From Candidatus Hodarchaeota archaeon (GTDB lineage Archaea; Asgardarchaeota; Heimdallarchaeia; Hodarchaeales; Hodarchaeaceae): 35,705 bases of DNA. The notes beneath the pieces were generated by a model. The model was given only the letters and a program-made list of their open reading frames with translations, was not told the origin of the DNA and did no database searches. This document shows positions 1-9,221 of the stretch, piece by piece. The stretch covers positions 1 to 35,705 of the forward strand of contig JAEOTQ010000140.1 of the NCBI GenBank assembly GCA_016839785.1. The letters are read 5' to 3'. Numbering within the stretch: position 1 is the first letter of the stretch; every line of letters begins with the position of its first letter. Both the position numbers and the translations under genes were made by a program.

Positions 1-1525
1 GAGAAGCTTTATACAAAAATAGGCCAGCCACAAGGAATGTCAGTAAGAGTAATACTGAAGGAATATCAAAACCAGAGTAGTGTTCATATGGAAAACGAAC
101 TCTGTACCAGCTTTCATATATTCCCCGATAAACCAAGTAAAGTGCAAAGGTTTGGTGATCTAGAGGTTCTCCATATTCATGAAGAACAAAACCGAAGGGG
201 ATGATATACTGGGTGACAATTCGACATACAACCCATCCAATAAATAATGCTCCTCCTTGCATGAATTGTTCTTTCACTTGTGTTGATAGAATTGAATAAA
301 AGAGGTATCCAATGCCTAATAATCCGAACCCTATTAAATCTAAATTGAATATACCAAAGGAAATGAGATTTAATTTGTTGAAAGAATCCATCCCTTTAAA
401 ATTGAATACAAATATCAATATTAATGTATTTTGTAGCACAAGAATTGCTAAACCGATTCTAATAAGTGTTATATAGACATTTCTGATCGTAGATTCATTT
501 GAAATTACTTGAGGTAAGTTTTTTGTAATTAATATACTTCCTAAGACTCCCAAAACGAGTATCATAACTGAAAAGGATATTAGCTCTATTAGATACATTT
601 TTGGAGGAGAATATTCATGTGGAGAAGTTTTTTGTGGGCTTAAATCTAGTACTTCAATTTTATTTGGACTATAATCTTCGTACCAAACTGTATAGTTTCC
701 TGTTCCTCCATAATCGGACCAATAGTTCTCGTTAAACATCCCCAGTAAGAAATGCTGGTAAGAAACATGTTGGATATCCCCATCAACAACGAAAATAGTT
801 CGATAAATCCATACTTGTTCTTTGTTGTGAATAAATGAATTTTCATTAATGTAATTATTCCCCCTACCTACATAGTAAAGTCCCCATCCTCTATTGTCTG
901 AAATTAAGTTTCCTACAATTGAACAGTTATCGATATAGAATACATAGATCCCAAAATGAAAATTCTGGCTACATGTATTATTTGCAATTATCGTATCGTA
1001 AGTTATAGCGGAAGTATCATTCGCATCATGATAATAGACTCCATAGTAAGCTATACCATATCCTCCATTGTATCGGACGGTGTTATTACAAATTTTCGTT
1101 GAATTAATATTCCTTACAACTATCCCCTTCCAACACCGTTCCACTACATTATCTTCTATCGTGATCGTTCCAGGAGATACTTTTTCTATTAAAATTCCAA
1201 TATCCACAAGTGAACTCTCTGCTTCAAGCCAACATTCTCGAATAATGAAGTGTTTAGTTGTTCCTTGAATATAGATCCCATATTTGTGATCCTTTGCATT
1301 TATTCTCCACTTCTCCAATATGTATGGATCTAGTTCACTTCCTGACCCTTTTACAGCATTCTCTGCTAGCTGTTCATCACTAGATATTTCAATTGGCTGA
1401 TGTAACTCATAAAAACTAGATTTAAATCCTTTTATGGTAACTTGTGGTTCCTCCACCAATATGATTACGAGTAACGTTAACACGCATGTAATTGTTACTA
1501 TTAACTTCCTCTTCTGTTTTAGCAG
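1..1525 (-). CDS. NosD-like/parallel beta-helix secreted domain followed by several TM helices (3' end runs off the window; missed by the ORF track)
   Basis: Manual translation gives an open frame from 1525 to the window edge: LLKQKRKLIVTITCVLTLLVIIL (signal-like), GSGSELDPYILEKWRI, repeated I.NN/GI.. beta-helix rungs, ENYWSDY, then hydrophobic helices. Start is CTG 1525 or GTG 1483. Confidence 0.8.
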   Translation of the reverse strand, partial: MLKQKRKLIVTITCVLTLLVIILVEEPQVTIKGFKSSFYELHQPIEISSDEQLAENAVKGSGSELDPYILEKWRINAKDHKYGIYIQGTTKHFIIRECWLEAESSLVDIGILIEKVSPGTITIEDNVVERCWKGIVVRNINSTKICNNTVRYNGGYGIAYYGVYYHDANDTSAITYDTIIANNTCSQNFHFGIYVFYIDNCSIVGNLISDNRGWGLYYVGRGNNYINENSFIHNKEQVWIYRTIFVVDGDIQHVSYQHFLLGMFNENYWSDYGGTGNYTVWYEDYSPNKIEVLDLSPQKTSPHEYSPPKMYLIELISFSVMILVLGVLGSILITKNLPQVISNESTIRNVYITLIRIGLAILVLQNTLILIFVFNFKGMDSFNKLNLISFGIFNLDLIGFGLLGIGYLFYSILSTQVKEQFMQGGALFIGWVVCRIVTQYIIPFGFVLHEYGEPLDHQTFALYLVYRGIYESWYRVRFPYEHYSGFDIPSVLLLLTFLVAGLFLYKAS

Positions 1526-1683
1526 GTCTATTCCACCCAGCTCATCATTATTTAATCGGGAATAGTGACAATTTATTGTTTATAAAATCAGGGAAAGGTG
1601 AAAAGAGGCGTTTAGTATCATTTCGAAATCTCTAGTTTATATACTATAAAATCTTATATAGGATTTGACCCCTGAATATAAAC

Positions 1684-1768
1684 TGGTATGCTAGGAACTT
1701 TTTAAAAAAGGTTTTCTTGGTCTTCTCTCAAGCTCTGCATCTTAGAATGCAGAATTCCTAGCATACCA
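1684..1768. repeat. 85-nt element with perfect 14-bp terminal inverted repeats and internal hairpins (MITE-like or structured RNA/terminator)
   Basis: TGGTATGCTAGGAA (1684-1697) / TTCCTAGCATACCA (1755-1768); internal TCTGCAT-cttaga-ATGCAGA (1734-1753) and CTTTTTAAAAAAG (1698-1710). Confidence 0.7.
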
Positions 1769-1806
1769 CTCCCTCCCCCCGCTTTTAGGGTCGAAAATAT
1801 CATCAT

Positions 1807-2538
1807 TTATTCTTTCCCTTTGTCTAAGGTTTCAGATACAAAAAGAGGGAGTGTTTTCTCAACAGGGCCAAGAATTGTCTTATCTGCGAGTGATGATAAT
1901 GGAGTTGGTTCCAAATTAAATTCATACACAATCAAGTTCTCATTCCCCTGTTTAGCAATATATGGAAAAGTTGCCACAGGATGAATAACACCAGAGGTTC
2001 CTATAATGAGTAATACATCAGTTACATGTAACCGATTATATGATCGTTGAATAATATCAGGATCTAGTGTTTCATGGAACCATACTACCCCGGGTCTAAT
2101 CATAGAATTACACTTAGGACATTTAGGAATGATAGGATTTTCATATGTCTCTGTTGATTTCCAATAAGTAATATCGTGACATTGAATACATCTACGTTGG
2201 AAGATTTCTCCGTGAAGGTGAATGACTTTACTTGAACCAGCACGTTCATGTAGATTATCAACATTCTGAGTAAGCACCATAATATCATATCCAGAGGATT
2301 CTAGTTTTTTTAGTGCTAGATGGGCGTTGTTAGGCTCTGTTTGAGAAACCAATCCCAAACGCCAGTAATACCATTCCCAAACTAATTTTGGATTACGAGC
2401 AAAAGCTTGAGGAGTTGCTAACTCCATAAAATTATATTTTTTCCATAGACCATCAGTACCCCTAAATGTGGGGACACCAGAAGCCTTAGAAATTCCTGAT
2501 CCTGAAATCACCGTTATTTTAGCATCAGTCGAGATCAT
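1807..2538 (-). CDS. cobB: NAD-dependent protein deacylase, class III sirtuin (CobB/Sir2)
   Basis: GSGISKASGVPTFRG, TQNVDNLH, HG, CxxC...CxxC zinc site, RPGVVWF, IGTS; YxxR in WYYWR. Confidence 0.93.
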   Translation of the reverse strand: MISTDAKITVISGSGISKASGVPTFRGTDGLWKKYNFMELATPQAFARNPKLVWEWYYWRLGLVSQTEPNNAHLALKKLESSGYDIMVLTQNVDNLHERAGSSKVIHLHGEIFQRRCIQCHDITYWKSTETYENPIIPKCPKCNSMIRPGVVWFHETLDPDIIQRSYNRLHVTDVLLIIGTSGVIHPVATFPYIAKQGNENLIVYEFNLEPTPLSSLADKTILGPVEKTLPLFVSETLDKGKE

Positions 2539-2673
2539 ACAAACACAATCGAAAACTCAATCTATTATTATATTATTTTATTTAACACACCTATGATAGG
2601 TAGGAGCGAAAAAGTGAAATCCAATCCACAGATTACTGACTTCAAGAGAATGAATCCAGCGTGAGTTGACACC

Positions 2674-3831
2674 GTGCTCGATTTGAAACAAAAAGGAGAA
2701 GAATTCTCAACATTATTAGTACCTGCGTTAGTAAAGATTATAAAAATACTCCAACAGCATGGAAAAGAAGTGTTCATTATTGGCGGGGCGGTACGAGATT
2801 TTCTGTGTGGCCATCAGGTGAAAGATTTTGATGTTGCCACAAATGCAATTCCAGAGCAAATTATTAAGTGGTTAAAGGACGTTAATATAAAAACAAAACC
2901 TATTGGGGGGAAATATGGCACAGTTCTAGCTATTGAAGGAAAAAATGCGTTCGATATAAGTACATTCAGAAAAGAAACATTCCATACATATGGGCAACCA
3001 CCCAAGATAATCTTTGTAGAATCCTTGGATGATGATTTAATTAGACGTGATTTCAGAATTAATTCAATATTGTATGACCCTGAAAGACGAGAAATAGTTG
3101 ACAAATATGGAGGGTGGGATGATATTCAGAAGAATTCAATCAGTATGATTGGAGACCCAAATATTAGGTTAAAAGAGGATGGATTGAGAGTAATTCGTTT
3201 AGCTAGGTTCATATCCAAATTTGATTTTACTCCAGAGCCAGAGATACTATCTGCAGTACGTTCAATTGGTAAATCAGTAAAGTTTCGCAGTACCAAAGTA
3301 ATTCAGATTGAATTATTGAAATTTCTACGAGTTCAGAACATAAAAAGCGGATTGATGTTATTATTTGAAAATGAAATTCTGCATGGAATCTTCCCAGAAT
3401 TTCCATTCGAAACGAATTTTGCCCAAAATAACGTTTATCCCATCTTAATAGAAAAAATTTGCTCATTTTTAACAAATGATGAAATAACACGATTGTTTGG
3501 AATACTATTGTTATTTTCAGATGAAACTAACCTTAACGAATCCCATTTTGACGGAATCCAAGGAAATTTGGCCTTATCAGATCGTCAACAACGACTATTG
3601 CAACGTTTATACACTTCTTGGAAAAATTTCCCTAAGAATAAAGAAAAAACTGAGATTAAACGATGGGTTAGGGCAACAGGAATAAATACAAGTGAAATGG
3701 TGGCCAAGATCTACTTTCTGAGCTTACTAAAGGCCAATGATGATTTATACCACCAGGAGAACGAGTATCTACAAATAATACAAGAAATTGTTACTCGATT
3801 GAAAAATGGAAAAAGTGATATTGGTAAATAA
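2674..3831 (+). CDS. Class II tRNA nucleotidyltransferase (CCA-adding/poly(A) polymerase family)
   Basis: GGAVRD...DFDVAT (motif A), RRDFRINS (motif B), EDGLRVIR (motif D). Confidence 0.9.
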   Translation: MLDLKQKGEEFSTLLVPALVKIIKILQQHGKEVFIIGGAVRDFLCGHQVKDFDVATNAIPEQIIKWLKDVNIKTKPIGGKYGTVLAIEGKNAFDISTFRKETFHTYGQPPKIIFVESLDDDLIRRDFRINSILYDPERREIVDKYGGWDDIQKNSISMIGDPNIRLKEDGLRVIRLARFISKFDFTPEPEILSAVRSIGKSVKFRSTKVIQIELLKFLRVQNIKSGLMLLFENEILHGIFPEFPFETNFAQNNVYPILIEKICSFLTNDEITRLFGILLLFSDETNLNESHFDGIQGNLALSDRQQRLLQRLYTSWKNFPKNKEKTEIKRWVRATGINTSEMVAKIYFLSLLKANDDLYHQENEYLQIIQEIVTRLKNGKSDIGK

Positions 3832-3833
3832 AA

Positions 3834-5087
3834 ATGCCAGTCCAATACCAAGAGGTCAGAACCTCTGGAAAAATCCTGAACGTGTATGAAAATCCAGATT
3901 CATGGTTTTGGGTAAGTGCATCATTAAATCCTTATCGTGGTTGCGAGCATAACTGTAGATATTGTGATGGAAAAGCAGAATGGTATAGAATCGATAATTT
4001 TGCTTCTCATATTCGAGTTAAGACTGATTCTCATAGAAAATTTGAAAAAGAGCTCTTATCTCTCGGGTATATTCCAAAAGAAAGACCTTCATTAGATAAT
4101 TTTTTACCAGGGTCGTCAGTTCAGGAGACACATCCTAGGAGAAATATAACTTTATTTGCTATTGGGGGAGGGGTATGTGATGTATATCAACAAGCAGAAG
4201 AACGGTATCGAATTACTCGAAAGCTTCTCCATGTTGCGAATAAATTCATGATTCCTATCTCAATACTTACTAAAAGCGACATGGTACTTCGTGACCTCAA
4301 AATTATACAAAAGATCAATACCAAATCTTATGCAAATGTTTCGATTTCTATCACCCAGATTGATGATGAGGTTCGAAAAATTTTCGAACCACGATCCTCC
4401 TCGATTGAAAAGCGATTTAACGCTCTTAAATTGTTAAGAAAGAATGATATTCCAGGAGGAATAATGCTTATGCCTATTTTACCAGGAATTGGGGATACAG
4501 AGGAAAATTTGAGAGATATTGTAAAAACAGGGAAGAAAATTGGAGTTAATTTCATCCTTCCTGCAGGACTAACGCTAAAGCCTGGAAGGAATAAAGATGA
4601 AATGCTAACTTCAATTCAGAAAAAATTTCCAGATTTGGTACCCCTTTACACGGATCTCTATTCCAATAATAATAAATATGGCATTCCGAGACATGATTCA
4701 AATTTTTCCCGTAATGGTGCTAAGATCGTTCACGAATTCTGTCATCGATATGGAATTCCTGATAGAATTCCACGGTATATTCCACCTAATGTTATGAAGA
4801 TAAATTATATCGTGAGTACGATTCTATTCAATCTTACCTATTATTATCAGTATGTAAGTGAGTACACTTGGCAAAAAATTAATGATTTTTCAAAAGCTGC
4901 ACGAAATATTGAACAATTATCGCAGTCTGTCGACTCGTTAGCTAAAAAAGATCTTAAAAGACTCATTTCAAACGAAACAATACTCGAAGTTGTACAAGAG
5001 ATATTGCAGACAGGAAATTCTACAGAACTTTCTCAATATCAAAAACTTGACCAAATTTTTGTAGGAAATCCCTCTATTGATAATTGA
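3834..5087 (+). CDS. Radical SAM protein, spore-photoproduct-lyase-like family, with C-terminal HhH-like helical domain
   Basis: NPYRGCEHNCRYC (CxxxCxxC), DVYQQAE, ILTKS, FEPRSS, MPILPG; C-terminal FSKAARNIEQL...VQEILQTG. Confidence 0.85.
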   Translation: MPVQYQEVRTSGKILNVYENPDSWFWVSASLNPYRGCEHNCRYCDGKAEWYRIDNFASHIRVKTDSHRKFEKELLSLGYIPKERPSLDNFLPGSSVQETHPRRNITLFAIGGGVCDVYQQAEERYRITRKLLHVANKFMIPISILTKSDMVLRDLKIIQKINTKSYANVSISITQIDDEVRKIFEPRSSSIEKRFNALKLLRKNDIPGGIMLMPILPGIGDTEENLRDIVKTGKKIGVNFILPAGLTLKPGRNKDEMLTSIQKKFPDLVPLYTDLYSNNNKYGIPRHDSNFSRNGAKIVHEFCHRYGIPDRIPRYIPPNVMKINYIVSTILFNLTYYYQYVSEYTWQKINDFSKAARNIEQLSQSVDSLAKKDLKRLISNETILEVVQEILQTGNSTELSQYQKLDQIFVGNPSIDN

Positions 5088-5293
5088 TTTAATAAATTGG
5101 AATGTAATAAATTATATGACCTCTCTGGGCTTCCTTGGCCATGTTTCATATAATAGCTTCCTCCTCCTTCGATTTCAAGTTATTCGTGCTACATCTTAGC
5201 TATGTTTTGGTGTATGTTTAATACCTAAATTTATTAATTTCCATCATACTGCAAAAAAGGTGTAGTAATTAAGTCAATACTAAGGGCAGTATT

Positions 5294-6007
5294 ATGAATT
5301 ACGATATAAGATTACAGAATGTCTCAAAGTTCTATCAAATGGGTAGTTCTAAAGTGAAAGCCCTTGAAAACTTTTCAGTAGAGATTAATCACGGAGAAAT
5401 CATTGTCGTTTTAGGTCCGTCTGGATCAGGAAAAACTACTCTATTGAATCTTGTAGGTGCTCTTGAAAATGCCTCTGATGGAACAATTACAATTGGAAAT
5501 AAGGAAATCACTCAAATAAAAAGACAACAACAATTTACCTATCGAAGAGAAACAATAGGATTTATTTTTCAAACTTTCAACCTATTTCCAACATTATCTG
5601 CATTAGAAAACGTCCAGTACGTCGCTGATCTAGCAAAATCAAGAAGAAGCAAACAGAAAGCGATTGAAGCATTGGAAACAGTCGGTTTGGGAGAACGAAT
5701 CCGTCATTTTCCTCACCAGCTCTCAGGAGGAGAACAACAAAGAGTTGCTATTGCTCGTGCATTAGTGAAGGATGCCCCTATAATATTAGCAGATGAACCC
5801 ACAGGTGAACTGGACTTTAAGACTGGTAGACAAATTTTAGCACTTCTTGTAGAACAGAAGCAGAAGAAAAAAACTGTACTTCTAGTTACACATAATCGTG
5901 AGATATCGAGATTAGCTCATCGAGTGATAGAGCTGCAAGCAGGTAAAATTGTCTCTGATGGTCCTCCAAAAGATGGAACAGTGAGTATTGAAAATCTTGA
6001 ATGGTGA
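5294..6007 (+). CDS. ABC transporter ATP-binding protein (LolD/MacB family)
   Basis: Walker A GPSGSGKT, signature LSGGEQQR, Walker B ILADEPTG, H-loop VTHN. Confidence 0.95.
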   Translation: MNYDIRLQNVSKFYQMGSSKVKALENFSVEINHGEIIVVLGPSGSGKTTLLNLVGALENASDGTITIGNKEITQIKRQQQFTYRRETIGFIFQTFNLFPTLSALENVQYVADLAKSRRSKQKAIEALETVGLGERIRHFPHQLSGGEQQRVAIARALVKDAPIILADEPTGELDFKTGRQILALLVEQKQKKKTVLLVTHNREISRLAHRVIELQAGKIVSDGPPKDGTVSIENLEW

Positions 6008-6011
6008 TTAA

Positions 6012-8486
6012 ATGACACAGCTCAGATTTTTGCTTCGCTGGTCGTTCCGAGATTTATGTGAACGGAAGTTTCAAGTAATTGCTCTGTCGTTAATCATTGG
6101 TTTAGGAACCGGTGCATATGTGGGTTTAAGTAGCACAACTCCCTGGAGACAGTACGCGTTTGATGAAAGTAATAATAACTTGAATATGTTCGATCTTAAG
6201 ATGGAACTAGCATTCGGAAGTTGGGTGAATCAAACTGATCTTAGTTCAACCTTGAAAAATATCCCTCATGCTTCTTGGATAGAAGCTTTAGAGCTACGAG
6301 TAGTTTTTCCAGTTTCTGTAAATACCTCAACTGAAAATCAAACCATTCTTGTGAATGGTAGAATTATTGGAATAAATGTCACCTCAGGATCACAAGGTTT
6401 GAAAGTGAATGGAATAGAAGTGATGGATGGGAGAGATATACTGTCCACTGAGACAAATGCTTCGGTGTGTATTGTTGAGTATAATTTTGCTCACTATTAT
6501 GATATACAGACCGAGAACCAAAATATTGTCCTCCCAGGAGGAATTAATCTTTCCTGTATAGGTACTGGCTTAAGTCCTGAATACTTTATGGTGATCGAAG
6601 GAAATGCTGTTAAAGCTGAGTCAGTGTTTAGTGCATTATTTGTTCCTATGGAAACAGCGCAGAGAATCTTGCAATACCAAGTTGGGTTACCCATAGGCCA
6701 TGTTAATGAAGCACTATTCCTTATATCATCAGAAGCCGATCTTAGTGTCTTACAAGATGAAATTACTATTGCTTTTAATCTAGATTTTCCTACTATTGAT
6801 GTAGATTTTACAAAAAAAGACGAATATCCATCATATAGAATCCAAAAAGAGGATATACCAAATGATCAACAGATGTATTTCATTATTTCATTTCTGATAC
6901 TTCTAGCGGCAGCTTTTGGGACATTCAATTTGGTTTCTCGAGTTATTAACTCTCATCGACGTCAGATTGGAATTAACATGGCCCTTGGTGTCCCTCCTCG
7001 ACAGTTGGCTATTCGGTATCTGATTTTCTCTTTTGAAATCGCGCTTGGTGGCGTTATTTGTGGCTTACTTCTCTCTCAATTTTTGGGAGAAAGACTGGGA
7101 TCTGTCTTAGCCGATGTAATCCCTTTCCCAGTTTGGGAAGAATGGTTAGTCGTTGATTTATTCATGCAAGGAGCGATTCTAGGGATACTGATACCCTTTT
7201 CGGCGACAATTATCCCAATATGGAGAGCTACACGAGTTCGACCCATCCAAGCAATACAAACGGGTTACACCCTTTCAACAGGGAAAGGGGCTGCTCCATT
7301 GCTCGAACGAATTCGTTTTCCTGGGTCAATATTTGTTCAACTTCCTTTCCGAAATTTTGCTCGAAATCCAAGACGAACTTTTTCGACAATCATGGGAGTT
7401 GCTCTTTCACTTTCTGTCCTTATAGCAATTTTAGCACTCCTTGATGGTGGGACTTATCTTTTAGACCGTGAGCAAGCTCTTATGGAAGGAAATTCTCCGA
7501 ATCGATTACACGTTGGTTTAAACGATTTTTATAACATTTCATCTGAGACGGTAAGAAATATGACTCAAAATTCTAAGGTGGAGAAGGCTGTTCCTGCTAT
7601 TGAAATTCCTGGAACAGTATTTGGAGCTAAAGAATCATTCTCTCTTAGTATTCACTTTTTTGACTTAGGTAATGAGATTTGGACTCCAGATTTGGGCGAA
7701 AAGGAAATAGGTACACCCTCTTCCCATCCTGGTATCATTATATCGAAGAAAACTGCTCGGGAACTCGATGTTGATGTAGGGGATACTCTTATACTTGAAC
7801 ATTTGTACCGTGAATCATCATATCAGTATTCTATTTTGAATACAACTGTGGAGATTATTGGAGTTTATGGTAGTCAAGTGAGATTTTGGGCATTTATGGA
7901 TTTGGCTGATAACAATATATTAAATTGTACAGGACTTATCAATTCTTTGATTCTACTTCCTAAACCAGGTGTTACAATTGAATCAATTCAATCAGATTTA
8001 TTCGAAATATCGGGATATAGCGGAGTCCAGACGATAATCAGACTTGTTGAAACCTATGAAGAATTGATTGAACTATTTACTTCAATTTTAACTGTAATTC
8101 AGTATGCTGTCATGGCACTTGCTCTTTTAATGGCATTCAATACCGCCACCATTAATTTTGATGAACGCTTACGAGAATTTGCTACAATGGGTGCTTTTGG
8201 GACACCAATTAGGACCTCAATATGGATGTTAATGGTAGAAAGCATTATTATCGGTGTATTCGGAACATTGCTCGGTTTTTATCCGCTTGGATTTATCGTA
8301 ATGGAGATTTTCCAAATCCAAATTCGCACTTCAATGCCAGAAGTTAGTATCGCAGCCTCCTTATTTTTTGATAGTGTAGCAATAATAATCTTTATCGGAG
8401 TAGTTCTTGTTGCTTTTACTCCTTTTCTTTCGATTCGAAAGTTGACTAAAATGGATCTTCCTTCAGCTCTTCGAGTGATTGAGTAG
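6012..8486 (+). CDS. ABC transporter permease, duplicated FtsX/MacB-type
   Basis: Two repeats of TM + large extracytoplasmic domain + 3 TM, with RRQIGINMALG and RLREFATMGAFG motifs; 4 nt after the ATPase; ends TAG TAA. Confidence 0.88.
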   Translation: MTQLRFLLRWSFRDLCERKFQVIALSLIIGLGTGAYVGLSSTTPWRQYAFDESNNNLNMFDLKMELAFGSWVNQTDLSSTLKNIPHASWIEALELRVVFPVSVNTSTENQTILVNGRIIGINVTSGSQGLKVNGIEVMDGRDILSTETNASVCIVEYNFAHYYDIQTENQNIVLPGGINLSCIGTGLSPEYFMVIEGNAVKAESVFSALFVPMETAQRILQYQVGLPIGHVNEALFLISSEADLSVLQDEITIAFNLDFPTIDVDFTKKDEYPSYRIQKEDIPNDQQMYFIISFLILLAAAFGTFNLVSRVINSHRRQIGINMALGVPPRQLAIRYLIFSFEIALGGVICGLLLSQFLGERLGSVLADVIPFPVWEEWLVVDLFMQGAILGILIPFSATIIPIWRATRVRPIQAIQTGYTLSTGKGAAPLLERIRFPGSIFVQLPFRNFARNPRRTFSTIMGVALSLSVLIAILALLDGGTYLLDREQALMEGNSPNRLHVGLNDFYNISSETVRNMTQNSKVEKAVPAIEIPGTVFGAKESFSLSIHFFDLGNEIWTPDLGEKEIGTPSSHPGIIISKKTARELDVDVGDTLILEHLYRESSYQYSILNTTVEIIGVYGSQVRFWAFMDLADNNILNCTGLINSLILLPKPGVTIESIQSDLFEISGYSGVQTIIRLVETYEELIELFTSILTVIQYAVMALALLMAFNTATINFDERLREFATMGAFGTPIRTSIWMLMVESIIIGVFGTLLGFYPLGFIVMEIFQIQIRTSMPEVSIAASLFFDSVAIIIFIGVVLVAFTPFLSIRKLTKMDLPSALRVIE

Positions 8487-8669
8487 TAAATGAATTTTCC
8501 AAGACTATTTGTTCTCGTTAATAATGTGTACTCTTTCTTTTCAATTTAAAGTCAACATAATTTTCACTCAGTAAGCGTCCCCCTCTCATAGATAATCAAA
8601 ATACTAAAATACTAAGAATTTAGATTCACACAGTAATCTCGAATAATAGACTTTTCTGGAAGAGAAATC

Positions 8670-9188
8670 ATGAGTTTTCTTCGTAGACGTAAATCAAAGG
8701 TAAAGAGTATCCGAAGTGATTCAAAGCTAGATTTTCAGAGAGGAATGGATGCTAGTAGGGAAGATCGTGAGAAAATTGGAGAAACCAGTACTCTACCTCG
8801 TGAACGCCCTAAATTAACACTGAAGGAAAAAATTACACGTCTTGAAGAGAGACTAAATACTGCAGAGACGAGAAGTAGTCCTCCCCAGCATATATCGGTG
8901 ATAAGGAATCTTGCTAAGGGTTACATGAAGCTTGGAGTTAAAGAAGATGCTGCTTATTATGTAAAAGCAGAGAATCTGTATAAACAATTTTCAGTATTAT
9001 ACCCATTACACATGGAGAAGATTGACTGGATTGCTTGGATTGAGGCAAGCGCCAAAGCTAGATTAATTCGTGAAGCAAGAAATCTTTTAGCAGAAGCTCG
9101 GCTACTTTTCCCAGGTGATGATGATCTAGATACAGTCGAGACGAATGTTCTTCATATAGATCATACAAAACTTGACGAAAGCGCCTAA
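8670..9188 (+). CDS. Hypothetical protein with basic N-terminus, coiled coil and TPR-like helices
   Basis: 172-aa ORF; LAKGYMKLG...KAENLYKQ and EARNLLAEARLLFP resemble TPR helices. Confidence 0.6.
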   Translation: MSFLRRRKSKVKSIRSDSKLDFQRGMDASREDREKIGETSTLPRERPKLTLKEKITRLEERLNTAETRSSPPQHISVIRNLAKGYMKLGVKEDAAYYVKAENLYKQFSVLYPLHMEKIDWIAWIEASAKARLIREARNLLAEARLLFPGDDDLDTVETNVLHIDHTKLDESA

Positions 9189-9221
9189 TATTTGCTTATT
9201 TTGCAGATTCTTATTCTAATT

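Noticed and set aside
646-1268. ORF-track entries 646-846 (-) and 1068-1268 (+)
   Set aside because: Alternative-frame or antisense shadows of the long beta-helix gene at 1-1525.
1684-1768. tRNA gene suggested by the length and the ACCA end
   Set aside because: No GTTCRA T-loop, D-loop GG or 7-nt anticodon loop; the ACCA is part of the inverted repeat.
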